In this document: positions 27,852 through 38,335 of the stretch, in pieces | How the letters are laid out: each line of letters opens with the position of its first letter | How positions within the stretch are numbered: the stretch's first letter is position 1 | Assembly: GCA_038245785.1 (NCBI GenBank) | Contig: JBBRSB010000025.1 | Coordinates: forward strand, 1 to 64,000 | From: Gloeobacterales cyanobacterium | GTDB lineage: Bacteria; Cyanobacteriota; Cyanobacteriia; Gloeobacterales; PMM-0068 | Direction: 5' to 3' | DNA length: 64,000 bases | Notes under the pieces: model-generated | The model's database searches: none | The model's input: the letters and a program-made list of their open reading frames with translations, nothing else | What the model was told of the DNA's origin: nothing | Program-made: the position numbers and the translations under genes

Positions 27852-30002
27852 ATGAGTTTAGAGAACACATTCCGCCTAGCCATCTCGGATGAATTCTTTG
27901 ATGCCTACAGTCGATTACCTCGAAATGCACAAGGCAAGGTATCGGAATTCATTAACCGCTTTCGGCAAGATCCAACCCGACCAGGGCTTAATTACGAATC
28001 GATTCGCGATGGTCAAGACAAACGAATCAAGTCGGTGAGGGTTGACCAAGCGCATCGGGCTATCCTTCTTAAACCTGATACAGGCAACGTTTACATACTG
28101 CTTTGGGTAGATAAGCACGATGATGCGTACACTTGGGCACGGCGTAAGAAATGCCTTGTTAACCAAGTTTCTGGTGCGTTACAAATTATTGATATTGAGG
28201 CTGCCGAAGCAACTACAGAGCAACTCATCCAAAAAAATACTGGAGAATCGGAAAAGCGCTTTGACACTATTGAAGATAAGTATTTGATGCTACTTGGTGT
28301 TCCTGAAATATTGCTTCCTGCTGTTCGTCAAATTGTAACAGATGAAGATTTAGAGCAGTTACTCCCCCATTTGCCTAGAGAAGCAAGTGATGCATTGCTC
28401 ATGTTGGCAGTTGGCTATGAACTTGAAGAAGTCTTAAAACAGCAGCAAAAGACAGACGAGAAGGTAAAGGTTGATCCTGAAGATCTTGAAACGGCTCTAG
28501 AAAATGATGATAGCCGTAGCCGATTCGTTGTGATTACGGATGATGCAGATTTAGAAGAAATGCTTGCGGCTCCCTTAGAAAAGTGGCGTGTGTTTCTGCA
28601 TCCTTCTCAGCGGAAGCTAGTTGAACGGGATTGGAATGGTCCGGTTAGAGTTTTAGGCGGAGCAGGAACCGGAAAGACGGTTGTGGCGATGCATCGTGCA
28701 AAGTGGTTAGCCCAAAATCGTTTCACAGAACCGAGCGATCGCATTTTGTTCACCACCTTCACCCGTAATTTAGCCATCGATATTGAGGCTAATCTCAAGG
28801 CCATTTGTTCTCCTGAATTGATTCGTCGTATTCGTGTCATCAATCTAGACGCATGGGTTGCAGAGTTCCTTAGACAAGAAGGAGTTGAGGTTCGAATTGT
28901 TTATGAGGAAGAGACTCAAGAAATTTGGCAACAGGCTTATACTCTGGCCCCTGTCGAGCTTGGGTTTTCACAAAGCTTTTATCAGCAGGAATGGCATGAG
29001 ATTGTCTCCGAACAAAACTGTCAAACTTTGCGCGACTATCTTGTAGCTCGACGGACCGGTCGTGGGACTAGATTGAGCCGTCAGCAAAGACAATTGATTT
29101 GGCCAGTTTTTGAGGAATTTAGGAATCTGTTGCGAGAAAAAGGTTTCAGAGAACCAGACGGTGCAATGCGTGATGCAGCCGAACTATTAGCAGATAGAGG
29201 AACCGAAACACTGCCCTATAAATCCATCATCGTAGATGAAGCTCAAGATATGAGCGAAGCGGCTTTCTCGCTTCTTCGGGCAATTGTAGGTGAGCCTAAG
29301 AAAAATGATTTGTTTATTGTTGGAGATGCCCATCAGCGGATTTATGGAAGAGTAGCGATTCTAAGTCGATGTGGGATCGATGTTCGAGGAGGTCGTTCTC
29401 GAAAACTTCGCTTAAACTATCGAACAACTGATGAAATCAGGCGCTGGGCCACAGCCGTGCTAGAAGGCGTAGATGTAGACGATTTGGATGGTGGAGCAGA
29501 TTCTCTAAAAGATTATCGTTCCTTAATGCATGGTGAAGAACCAACATTAAGCGGCTTTAGTAGATTTGAGGATGAAATTTCTTACTTGAGGAAATTTCTG
29601 GAACAGATAAAGGTCAATGAAAATACCCTTTCAGGCGTTTGTCTTGCAGTTAGAACAAATGCTCTAGTGGATCAATATGAATCAGCACTCAAAAATATTG
29701 GCATTGCTGTTCGACGGCTCCAGAGAGATAAGCCTGATAACCCGTTGGACGAGGGCTTAAGACTTGCAACTATGCATCGAGTTAAAGGTTTGCAGTTTAA
29801 CTACATTCTATTACCTGGACTGAATGCTGATATTCTGCCTTTAGAGTCCGTCTTCAACCAAAATGAAGACAAAGTAACTCAAACTCGTTTTGTCGATGGA
29901 GAGAGATGTCTTTTGCACGTTGCTGCAACACGCGCTAAGAAACAAGTCTTTATTAGTTTCTATGGAGAACCAAGTTTATTCTTGAAATACCCAAATCGTT
30001 AA
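27852..30002 (+). CDS. UvrD-like SF1 helicase with an N-terminal RelE-like domain
   Basis: GGAGTGKT, VDEAQD, VGDAHQRIY, NYRT and TRAK motifs; N-terminus SVRVDQAHRAIL..HDDAY. Confidence 0.88.
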   Translation: MSLENTFRLAISDEFFDAYSRLPRNAQGKVSEFINRFRQDPTRPGLNYESIRDGQDKRIKSVRVDQAHRAILLKPDTGNVYILLWVDKHDDAYTWARRKKCLVNQVSGALQIIDIEAAEATTEQLIQKNTGESEKRFDTIEDKYLMLLGVPEILLPAVRQIVTDEDLEQLLPHLPREASDALLMLAVGYELEEVLKQQQKTDEKVKVDPEDLETALENDDSRSRFVVITDDADLEEMLAAPLEKWRVFLHPSQRKLVERDWNGPVRVLGGAGTGKTVVAMHRAKWLAQNRFTEPSDRILFTTFTRNLAIDIEANLKAICSPELIRRIRVINLDAWVAEFLRQEGVEVRIVYEEETQEIWQQAYTLAPVELGFSQSFYQQEWHEIVSEQNCQTLRDYLVARRTGRGTRLSRQQRQLIWPVFEEFRNLLREKGFREPDGAMRDAAELLADRGTETLPYKSIIVDEAQDMSEAAFSLLRAIVGEPKKNDLFIVGDAHQRIYGRVAILSRCGIDVRGGRSRKLRLNYRTTDEIRRWATAVLEGVDVDDLDGGADSLKDYRSLMHGEEPTLSGFSRFEDEISYLRKFLEQIKVNENTLSGVCLAVRTNALVDQYESALKNIGIAVRRLQRDKPDNPLDEGLRLATMHRVKGLQFNYILLPGLNADILPLESVFNQNEDKVTQTRFVDGERCLLHVAATRAKKQVFISFYGEPSLFLKYPNR

Positions 30003-30513
30003 TGTGCCGAAGCTTTCGCTATCCGCCTATCGGCATTTCCGCAAAGGCGGGCATCCACCCAAAACTGGGTGAGTAATGCCTTCGATAGGAATTTTTCCAG
30101 TTTTCCATTCGACAAGATGTCTGAGTAGCAAAGCATTGCATAGATGGTCTAAAAATTTCTGTTCGGGCTTCATCATATGAGATTTTTAGCTAAGAGCTCT
30201 TAGGTTGTAAATCATCAATTATCCGCTAGAGGATGTAATGAGATTACAGCCTTTCCAGTTCGGATGAAGTACCTCAGAAATGAGGTTGCATAAGGCTTTT
30301 TACTTTGCCCAATGTACCTCAAACGGCTAAGAACCGCTATTTAGAATAATTTTCTCAGTGGCAGTATGCGTAAAAAGTGTTTACCTGGTATGCTGTGCAG
30401 GTGATTAGACTGACTTCATTTAGCCTAATTTCCCCTAATTGGATGGTCGTGTAGAGAAAGTCAGTCTGATAAATAGTTGGACGACGGCCGTCGAATTACT
30501 CTTGAGAGCGAGC

Positions 30514-31302
30514 ATGGCAAACAATGATGTGATCAACGCCTATGTCTATGTGAGCACTGGCTTCCATTTGCGAGCACTATTGTATGCGCAAACTACGGAA
30601 TGCCGATGGGTAATCAAGAACATTGAAGATGCGATTGCAGAACTTGACACGCTCGGTTTAACTTATCCACGCAACCAATCCAAGGCAGTCTGCGATAAGC
30701 TCGAATCCCTTGCCCGCAGTAGCGGCGAGATGACGAAAACTCCTGATCACATTGCAAATGAGCTTCATTCAATAGTGGACTGCATTCATGACACTGTGAA
30801 AAGTCAGGCCAGAGAACAAAGGCTTGTCCTGCTTCAGTCCACATCTGTTTCTGAGAAGCTTCGAGAGCTGGCAAAGAAAGGCACCCTGAACACTCGGCAA
30901 ATCTATCTATTCGATGAAGCTGTATCGAATTTAGAAACAGGTGCCTATCGGTCCGCAATCGTAATGGGCTGGAACCTCGCTTACGATGTTATCAGGCAAT
31001 GGATCTTCGACGACTCAGCACGACTCGCGAGTTTCAATACTGAAATTCTAAAGATTCTGGATAAGTCAGGGAAGTCAAAGTTTGACCCGATTACCAATTA
31101 CACGGACTTTTACGATATCGGGGAAAGGATTGTCCTAGATGTGTGTGAGAGTGCAAACTTCATCGGAGGCAACCTGCATGACGATTTGCGAAACTATCTA
31201 AGGCAACGTAACAGTTACGCGCACGCTTCAGATTCTAATCCCACGGTGAATCAGGCAAACGCTTTGATTGATCATTTGGTCGATGCCATCGCAAAGCTAT
31301 AG
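30514..31302 (+). CDS. Putative HEPN-domain protein
   Basis: EAVSNLETGAYRSAIVMGW helix and an RNSYAH (Rx4H) motif near the C-terminus. Confidence 0.6.
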   Translation: MANNDVINAYVYVSTGFHLRALLYAQTTECRWVIKNIEDAIAELDTLGLTYPRNQSKAVCDKLESLARSSGEMTKTPDHIANELHSIVDCIHDTVKSQAREQRLVLLQSTSVSEKLRELAKKGTLNTRQIYLFDEAVSNLETGAYRSAIVMGWNLAYDVIRQWIFDDSARLASFNTEILKILDKSGKSKFDPITNYTDFYDIGERIVLDVCESANFIGGNLHDDLRNYLRQRNSYAHASDSNPTVNQANALIDHLVDAIAKL

Positions 31303-31538
31303 CGAATGGTAAATCAACGCCTAACCAGCCGTGAAACTGTGTAAAAACTTAAAACGCTTCGCTCAGTGGCTTCGGGCGGCAATGTATTCAGTGACCTTAA
31401 GCTCAGCTTAGAGTAAACCTATTATCAAAGCGTTTTACGACCGACTCAGAGCAGCCGGAAAACCGATGCAAGTAGCCAGATGTACTGCCTACAGCGATCA
31501 AATGTCGTGCTTACTTACTGCATTACTGCATTACTCAA

Positions 31539-31901
31539 TTACTGCGATAAGTCTTTTAGGGCATCCTCTAATAGCACCCGAACGATATCTACTTTCTTCC
31601 TCCCTGTCTGTGCTGCGAGCATGGAGAGTTTTCGATGCATGGATGCAGCCAAATCAACCGTAAGCCTGACGGTTGGCTCTTTTTGAGGCATCTGAAAGCG
31701 CGTTTGCATCTTTAGCTCCTCCGGCTCAGTAGCTGGCTCCACAACAGGGGGACTATCAGGCAATGCTGAGGAGCGGTCATGTCCGGCAGGCGGAGCCGAC
31801 AGACGGCTCGCAATTGGTGCAGGTGCCTCCACTATTTCGTTACCGAACACAAATTGACTGGCTAAGGTGTCTTCCAGAGCCTTACGTTTCTTCTCAGTCA
31901 T
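31539..31901 (-). CDS. ParG/CopG-like ribbon-helix-helix partition partner
   Basis: Disordered N-terminus, then VRLTVDLAASMHRKLSMLAAQTGRKKVDIVRVLL; ATGA overlap with parA. Confidence 0.8.
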   Translation of the reverse strand: MTEKKRKALEDTLASQFVFGNEIVEAPAPIASRLSAPPAGHDRSSALPDSPPVVEPATEPEELKMQTRFQMPQKEPTVRLTVDLAASMHRKLSMLAAQTGRKKVDIVRVLLEDALKDLSQ

Positions 31902-32539
31902 CGCAGCATCCCCATCACTTCGGTAAATAGACTTTCATATTCACTGGCTGACTCAGCAGCCGACTTCCCTGGCAAATCCCAAACTGTTGCACCCTGACCA
32001 AAAGTGTCAGCCACTGCCTGTTTTTGATGGATGACTGCTTTGAGGACCGATACATCAGGAAGCTTACTCAGTAGGTTGACTGCCTCCTCTTTAAGCTTTG
32101 TCCCACGCACCGCCCTATTCAAAAAGAGAGCTGCCTTTGGTGGACCGCTTCTCACGGACTGGGCCTGCCGAATCAGGCGCACGGCATCAGATGCGGAGCG
32201 CAGATCCACGCCCGTGGGCTGGCAAGGAACAAGCGCCAAATCCGAGCGGAACATGATTGCCCTGGTCGCTTCTGACAAACCCGCAGGACCATCCACGATC
32301 AGGTGGTCACATTCAGTAGCCAGCATCGGTAGGTGCTCTAGGAGATCATCGGGAGATCCCATTACCTTCCAAGGTACGGGCTCATTCATTAAGCCAAACC
32401 AGATAGAAGAGCTTTGCTGTGCATCTGCATCGATGACCATCACCTTATGACCCTTTCGCAACAGCCATTCGGCAAAGTGGACGACAGTTGTGGACTTACC
32501 TGATCCACCCTTTTGATTAACAACCGCTATTACTGCCAT
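31898..32539 (-). CDS. parA: Type Ib (ParF-like) partition ATPase
   Basis: VNQKGGSGKST, IDADAQQS and IVDGPAG motifs; short, with no N-terminal HTH. Confidence 0.92.
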   Translation of the reverse strand: MAVIAVVNQKGGSGKSTTVVHFAEWLLRKGHKVMVIDADAQQSSSIWFGLMNEPVPWKVMGSPDDLLEHLPMLATECDHLIVDGPAGLSEATRAIMFRSDLALVPCQPTGVDLRSASDAVRLIRQAQSVRSGPPKAALFLNRAVRGTKLKEEAVNLLSKLPDVSVLKAVIHQKQAVADTFGQGATVWDLPGKSAAESASEYESLFTEVMGMLR

Positions 32540-32641
32540 ACTTACTGCATCACTTACTGCATTACTGCGTAAAGTATCGCACATAACTATCAGGTTAGTG
32601 GAATTACTCTGCTCATAAGGAGCTTGGACCTACATTCTGCA

Positions 32642-32678
32642 TACTTTTGATTCTTGATCAGTTCAAGAATCAAAAGTA
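32642..32678. promoter_or_regulatory. Perfect 16-bp inverted repeat upstream of parA (operator or terminator)
   Basis: TACTTTTGATTCTTGA-TCAGT-TCAAGAATCAAAAGTA. Confidence 0.6.
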
Positions 32679-32718
32679 CTGCAATACTGCATTGCTTACT
32701 GCATTAATGAAGTACTGC

Positions 32719-33282
32719 TCAATCGCCCTGGGTTGATATTGCATCTCCATTTCCCTTCAAGGAGTTTTGTATTTCCTCCAACCTGTCTCTAAACTTCCCG
32801 CGTACCTGAATGTTGGCAAGGTTATAGGTGGGTATCAAGTGCTCTTGGGCCAATGCGACTGCTGTTCGTGCGCCCCCCTCAATAGTTCCGTCGCGGTCGA
32901 TCGGAGCCCAAAAGATTAAAAAGTCTGATGAGGTTTTCAAATCACCACCCAGTATTTGAAACACGCTCCTTATATGGGTCTTACGAGCAAAGTCATCACA
33001 ACCTTCCCAGTTCCCATGAATCCTGGCTGCTATCTCCGTAGCTCTCAATAAAATCTCTTGGTCCTCGATAACTATCCCTTGGTGGCCGTTGAAACCTTGG
33101 TAGGGCAGATACAGCTGAGCTGGTAGTGAAGTACCTTTGAGGAAAGCATCATCAGCGCCTTTTCCACCTCCGCTTCTGAGGACCTTTCCTAGAGTATCCA
33201 GAAGGACCGCTATACGGATCATCAAGCTCAGGATATCTGGTGGCGTTTTTCGGCTGCCTACTCCTGTGTAATAGTGATTCAT
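32719..33282 (-). CDS. SLOG/DprA-like Rossmann-fold protein
   Basis: YTGVGSRKTP, LRSGGGKGADDAF and GGARTA motifs. Confidence 0.75.
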   Translation of the reverse strand: MNHYYTGVGSRKTPPDILSLMIRIAVLLDTLGKVLRSGGGKGADDAFLKGTSLPAQLYLPYQGFNGHQGIVIEDQEILLRATEIAARIHGNWEGCDDFARKTHIRSVFQILGGDLKTSSDFLIFWAPIDRDGTIEGGARTAVALAQEHLIPTYNLANIQVRGKFRDRLEEIQNSLKGNGDAISTQGD

Positions 33283-33581
33283 AGGGATTTATCCTGAGAT
33301 GCTGTATTCCAATTAATGATTTTTTCATTCTGCTATTACTGCAATACTTACTGCATCATTTACTGCATTACTGCACTAAGTTCATTATCTCAACAGCTAA
33401 CAGGTTGATGTATTTCCCCTTCTAGCAAGGAGTTTGGGCTTACGTACTTCATTCTCTAAATACTCGTTTAGTACTCCTGCAATACTGCATTGCTTACTGC
33501 ATTACTCAATTTATGCCCCCATAATACACTTTTTGCCTTTTTTCATCTGCCCCACTGGCCCTGGATGAGGGGTTAGTCTTT

Positions 33582-33875
33582 TCAATCATTTGGGTCCAAT
33601 GAATCTTCGAGATCTACTACCCCCTCATCCAATTCAACGGTTTCACCGTCAATCGTTTCATCAGCGAATACCTTCTCTGTTGCTTCTTTAATCAGACATT
33701 TTTCCCACTCCTGAACGGTCTTGGAGGGGTCAAGTGCAGCCAGTTTTTGGGCGGCAAGCTGAAGTGCATAGACAGTTACGGCAAACCCAAGTAAGGCATC
33801 GGATTCCTTCACCATCTCTTGCTCTTGCTTGCCAAAACCGCGACCACTACTGGATCGCTTGGAGCGCTTGCTCAT
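33582..33875 (-). CDS. Hypothetical acidic protein
   Basis: GAGG RBS before MSKRSK...GRGFG. Confidence 0.55.
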   Translation of the reverse strand: MSKRSKRSSSGRGFGKQEQEMVKESDALLGFAVTVYALQLAAQKLAALDPSKTVQEWEKCLIKEATEKVFADETIDGETVELDEGVVDLEDSLDPND

Positions 33876-34249
33876 AGAAACCTCTGTAAAGAACGGCTCT
33901 AGCATAGCTCTCCTGTTAGCTGCGACTTTAGCAATAGACCAAGAACGACCTATGCCAATCAGCGTATAGCTAAAGCCCCTGTCAGGGCTCATTTAATATC
34001 TTTAATCTGTATATGCTCTAACCGAATAACTTTCTAAATTGATAAGCCCTAACCACCTGTTCGTCCAAAAATGGGCAGATCCCAAAAACAAGCGGAGCCA
34101 TCGAGCAGAAAGAACCCTGCGTTATTCTCTCCAACGGCCCTAAATGGAATTTGTACACTACAGCTATAGTGTAAAACTCGTAAATCCGATTCCAAAGCAG
34201 GGAAATCACCTAAGCAATTCCCTTCTGGAGTTCCAAGACAAAACCAAAT

Positions 34250-37200
34250 TCAGGGCGGCAAACTTCGGAAAGGCTTATGCAAAGCTCTTACCACTTCTAT
34301 AAATGGCTGGATGGTCTCAAGCTGCTGTTGTAATTCCACGGCCAATCTGCGGGTACATAACCAGGTGACTACCCGCTGGGCAGCATTCCCCTGGCGATAT
34401 CGTTCCACCCAATAATCCTCAAAATCATCCTCTTCAAGGTGCTTGACCGTGGGCTCTTGATTCATGGAATAGAAATCTTGGACCGCTCTGGCTAAGGCTT
34501 GCTGTAATAAATTCTGGGAAGACGTTTCATTGGGCAGATGGGGTAAGACTTGGCTACTAAACCAAGCTAAAGCCCTAGTAATCGAACCCGCTTTGCCCCT
34601 GGACCCACCGGCCAGCTTCTGGATTTCCCTTGCTGAAGGTAAACGCTTGTACTTAATAAAGAAAGCCAGAATCGTTTCCCCATGCCGATACCAGGCTTCT
34701 AATAAACGAGCTGCATTCGCTTTATTCTTCAAAGGTAGGGCTACCCCGAAGAGTTCTTCCACTGAGCCAACCACTTGGACATAACGGTTATAGGGCGCAG
34801 GTAGGGGGTCACTGCGATAGAGCATGACTTGCAATGTATCGGTTCTGCGCGCAGGCCGAGGACGGTTAATCGCCTGTAATAAAGCTGCACTGCGTTCTTG
34901 ATAAATCAACTCTCCTAAGAGGGGGTCTGTCATCGCTTCAATCAGTTCATAACCCTCTGGTCCATAGGGTTGCACCCGGTAGGGCTGTAGAGCAGCAGCA
35001 GGTAAAGGTCGATTCTGGAGGGCCAGGAATCTTTGGAGCATCAGGGATAAGCGTTTGAGATGTCCAAGATTCGGGATGAAGGCCCCTGCCAAAACCATCG
35101 TCTTGGCTGCTTTCATGATGGGGTCATCAAAAGCGCGGTCATGGTAACCGTAGTAGCTGGCCGGGAAGGATTCCCCTTGGGCACTACTCATCGTGATTAA
35201 CCCTTCGATGGGCTCCTGTGCGGTCCATTGGTCTAGTAAGCCAGCCCCTTTCTTGTGGGTCATGAGCAAAGTTGGACCCTGCTTTGACCAAACCTTCAAA
35301 GCTGGAATCAGGTCTTTCAGGCGCTCGTCAGCAATCCGGCCGGGCGGGGCAGAAAGAAACTGGATAATTTCAATATTGAGTTGGCATTGATGTTCTTCCA
35401 CCTGCATATCAGGGAAAAAAGCCTGAAGTAACAATCGATTCGGCGTGGCATCGAGATTTAAGACCCGACTCTGGGCCAAAGCTTCAATCAAATGCTGGTG
35501 GGGACGGTAGAGATGCAATCGCACAGAAGTTATTTGAGTACGTTGGTCCCCAGAGACCCCATTCTGTGGTTCTAAGACCGCTTCAAAGGTAAGATTAGCC
35601 CCGGCTAGTCCCTCGACTAATCCCTGGACTAAGGTTTCTAAGAGAGCATCGGTTACTCGTAAAGGAATCGATTCAAAGGCGAGCTGCTGTTCTTCGCCAT
35701 AGGTGGCCTGATGCACATAGGGACCATCCTCAGTCTGCTGATAGCGAGGCCGTTCCCAAGGATAGTAGGTAGCAGCAACGACCTCTTTTTTCTCCATATC
35801 CAAACGCAGGGGACGTAAACCCCTCATCCGAATCAGGGATGGACGGATACGTTCTTGGTCTATCCAGTCTGTAACTCGCTCGCCAATACGCAATCGTTCT
35901 TGAGGGGAAGCTCCCCGATAACGAGCCTGGGCTACCTCCAATTCCGTAAATACGGCCAGTAAAGCTTCCAGGGTTTCCTGCTCATACAGCTCCTCCCAGA
36001 ATTGATATTGGAGGCCGTAATAGAGGTTGCGAGTTAATAGGGGTAGATGTTGTCCTACTTCCGTTGCTTCATAAAGATGATGAGGCAGATCTTCGTCAAT
36101 AATGACCTGACTGAAATGGGTAATTTCTTCACTGGCATTGAGCACCGCTTGAGCGGTGGCCAGGACCACCGGAGCCAGATGCGCTTCCTTGATGGAGTCG
36201 AGAAACCCACAACGACCTTCTTGGCCCCAGAAGCAGGTACTACAGGCCAAAGCGCTAGGGCTATGCCGTTGATTACCCACCTGAGAGACAGGTTCATGGT
36301 GGGCACAAACCAGACTGCCATGACCCACTTGCAGGTCATTAGCAAAGGTAGGGTCTGGAGCCTCGCGCCCTACCCGAATTGCTAACCAGTTCGGGTCTGT
36401 ACCACCATTAAGATGACGTAAACGAGCCTGAAACTCATCAAGGGCTTGCAGGTTAGGGAATAAGACTAAGAGGGGTCCACCCAAGGTTTCCTGATAGAAG
36501 TGCAATAACTCCTTACGCGCTTCGCGGATTTCCTTGAGGATTACATAGCTTTCTATTTCACTGATGAGAGGAACTTTCTTCCTCCCTTCCAAAACCTGTA
36601 TTTGTTGCTGTAGCTGATAGGCGGTTAAACCATGACCTGCTTGGGACCACTCTTGCATCTTGTTAAAGAGTTGTCGGGCCAGGGCCTCTGTTTTCCCAAC
36701 CCCAGGAGTGGTGGCAATTACTCTGCGGGGTACTCCTTCTCGAACAAGCCATTCTTTAACGGATTGCTCGGTAGCTTGATAAGCTTCCTCTACGGTTAAG
36801 AGGTCAGGTAAAGAATCAACCGTCCAGGAAGCTCCTTTGCGCTGCCAGGTCCGTTTGACCATTAAGGCCCGTTCGGGAGCCAATAACTGTTCAAATACGG
36901 CTTGTACATCCCAACCCCAGCGCACCCATTCTCCTAAGAGGTCATCCAAGCCGTACTTGTGGGCAGCTAGTGCTGTATTTGTTCTCAATACTTGGGGCCA
37001 GTTTGCGGCTAAGGGAATTAAACGTCCTTCAAACTGGCTCATCACCGCATTACTCAAGCGGACCATGGCACTCCTAACTTCTTTTTTAGCCATGATGTCA
37101 GAGTCAAAACCGAAGACAAGCTGTGATGCCCGTGCCAGGACTCTTTGCAATTCTGGATGGAGTAGACCAGTCTTAGAGGGTCCCTGCCAACCATCGACCC

Positions 37201-38008
37201 CTGGTAAGCCGATAAAGACCACAGGTAGATCTCCTAACCGTTCCAGATTTTGGGCGGGGGCCTCGGTGGTATCTTCCCCTTCTGTGATTACCAATAAGTA
37301 GGGTTCATCGTTAGCCCAAAGCTGGTGTAGTCGCTCCCGCGTAACCTTGGGAATATAGGGATGAAGGGGCACGCCCTTGGCTTGGAGATATTTGAGTTCT
37401 TTGGCTTTCTTACCTTTCTGTTTGATGCGTAGAGGTACTTCTGGGTTGGCCCTAAGACCAACAAATTGACCTTGGAGATTAAAGATACCCAGAACCCGAC
37501 CCACCGGAATTCTCAACTGCCAGCGAGGACCTTCTATGCCCCGGTTCTTCTGGAAAAACCCACTGGCCTGCACTTGGGCCTCGTTATAGACTCCGATGCG
37601 GAGGCGATGTTCAACGAGCCTTTCCAGAGTGCTAATCGCTTCAGAACTGAGATAGCGAGAATAGTAGGCATCCTCTATCTGAGCTTCAGCTAACTTCTCA
37701 GGGAAGCGACCAAGCAGTTCTGGAGAAGCGGTATCCCAAATCAATCGATGAATCAGGCGATAGTCGATATCTACGGGTTGTGGACTATCAAGCTTAGTCG
37801 TAATACGTTCTTTAGCCGGGAGATAGAGCCCGCCCATCTGGTCGCGTAAAGCTTTAGTGCGGCGATAGCGAATCCCATCTTCCCCAGTCAGCTCCTCTGC
37901 TGTAGACCGTAAACACAGCCAACCTTCTCTCTCACGGGTAGGCTTACAGCCATCATTCCTTCGATGGTTGCATAGTGGACAACGGTTAGTAGTGGACGTG
38001 GAGTGCAT
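34250..38008 (-). CDS. Plasmid replication primase-helicase (CyRepA1/DUF3854-like)
   Basis: N-terminal CPLC zinc finger; TOPRIM VITEGED..GLPGV..FGFDSD..GLDD; Walker A TPGVGKT; IIDED; QAINRPR. Confidence 0.75.
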   Translation of the reverse strand: MHSTSTTNRCPLCNHRRNDGCKPTREREGWLCLRSTAEELTGEDGIRYRRTKALRDQMGGLYLPAKERITTKLDSPQPVDIDYRLIHRLIWDTASPELLGRFPEKLAEAQIEDAYYSRYLSSEAISTLERLVEHRLRIGVYNEAQVQASGFFQKNRGIEGPRWQLRIPVGRVLGIFNLQGQFVGLRANPEVPLRIKQKGKKAKELKYLQAKGVPLHPYIPKVTRERLHQLWANDEPYLLVITEGEDTTEAPAQNLERLGDLPVVFIGLPGVDGWQGPSKTGLLHPELQRVLARASQLVFGFDSDIMAKKEVRSAMVRLSNAVMSQFEGRLIPLAANWPQVLRTNTALAAHKYGLDDLLGEWVRWGWDVQAVFEQLLAPERALMVKRTWQRKGASWTVDSLPDLLTVEEAYQATEQSVKEWLVREGVPRRVIATTPGVGKTEALARQLFNKMQEWSQAGHGLTAYQLQQQIQVLEGRKKVPLISEIESYVILKEIREARKELLHFYQETLGGPLLVLFPNLQALDEFQARLRHLNGGTDPNWLAIRVGREAPDPTFANDLQVGHGSLVCAHHEPVSQVGNQRHSPSALACSTCFWGQEGRCGFLDSIKEAHLAPVVLATAQAVLNASEEITHFSQVIIDEDLPHHLYEATEVGQHLPLLTRNLYYGLQYQFWEELYEQETLEALLAVFTELEVAQARYRGASPQERLRIGERVTDWIDQERIRPSLIRMRGLRPLRLDMEKKEVVAATYYPWERPRYQQTEDGPYVHQATYGEEQQLAFESIPLRVTDALLETLVQGLVEGLAGANLTFEAVLEPQNGVSGDQRTQITSVRLHLYRPHQHLIEALAQSRVLNLDATPNRLLLQAFFPDMQVEEHQCQLNIEIIQFLSAPPGRIADERLKDLIPALKVWSKQGPTLLMTHKKGAGLLDQWTAQEPIEGLITMSSAQGESFPASYYGYHDRAFDDPIMKAAKTMVLAGAFIPNLGHLKRLSLMLQRFLALQNRPLPAAALQPYRVQPYGPEGYELIEAMTDPLLGELIYQERSAALLQAINRPRPARRTDTLQVMLYRSDPLPAPYNRYVQVVGSVEELFGVALPLKNKANAARLLEAWYRHGETILAFFIKYKRLPSAREIQKLAGGSRGKAGSITRALAWFSSQVLPHLPNETSSQNLLQQALARAVQDFYSMNQEPTVKHLEEDDFEDYWVERYRQGNAAQRVVTWLCTRRLAVELQQQLETIQPFIEVVRALHKPFRSLPP

Positions 38009-38335
38009 AGCAGAGCAGGGTTCCAGGGCGGGTAAGCCCAAAAAAAGACGCAGCAGTTTACGTCCCAAAAGCCTGCGTGCTATGCTCTAAAAACATATTG
38101 GCGTGTGTTTTTAGAGCAGTACGTGCCGATCGAAAGCACGAGCTGTCAGGTTTCTGGGAGGTGGGGAGTGATCCTTGCCTCCTTACCTTTTTATTTAGAC
38201 CAGTGTGTTTATTTCTCAAAGGGGGGTGTTTTGAATTCCCTGAAAGATCTCGCACGAGTCTGCGGTGAGATTAACACTGTGTTTTAAAGATCTCAAGTGC
38301 CCAAAACACAGATCAGAGTAGCTTTTCAGGTTTTA

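Larger units (their letters stand above)
31511..33510. repeat. Five clusters of (T)TACTGCA repeats, putative partition centromere/operator
   Basis: Clusters at about 31511-31547, 32531-32570, 32677-32718, 33336-33376 and 33477-33510. Confidence 0.8.

Noticed and set aside
13763..29046. Numerous short alternative-frame and antisense ORFs within large genes
   Set aside because: No recognisable motifs; these are shadows of the main coding frames
30040..30080. AGIHPKL peptide resembling an integrase C-terminal segment
   Set aside because: Too short and followed by a stop; could be chance
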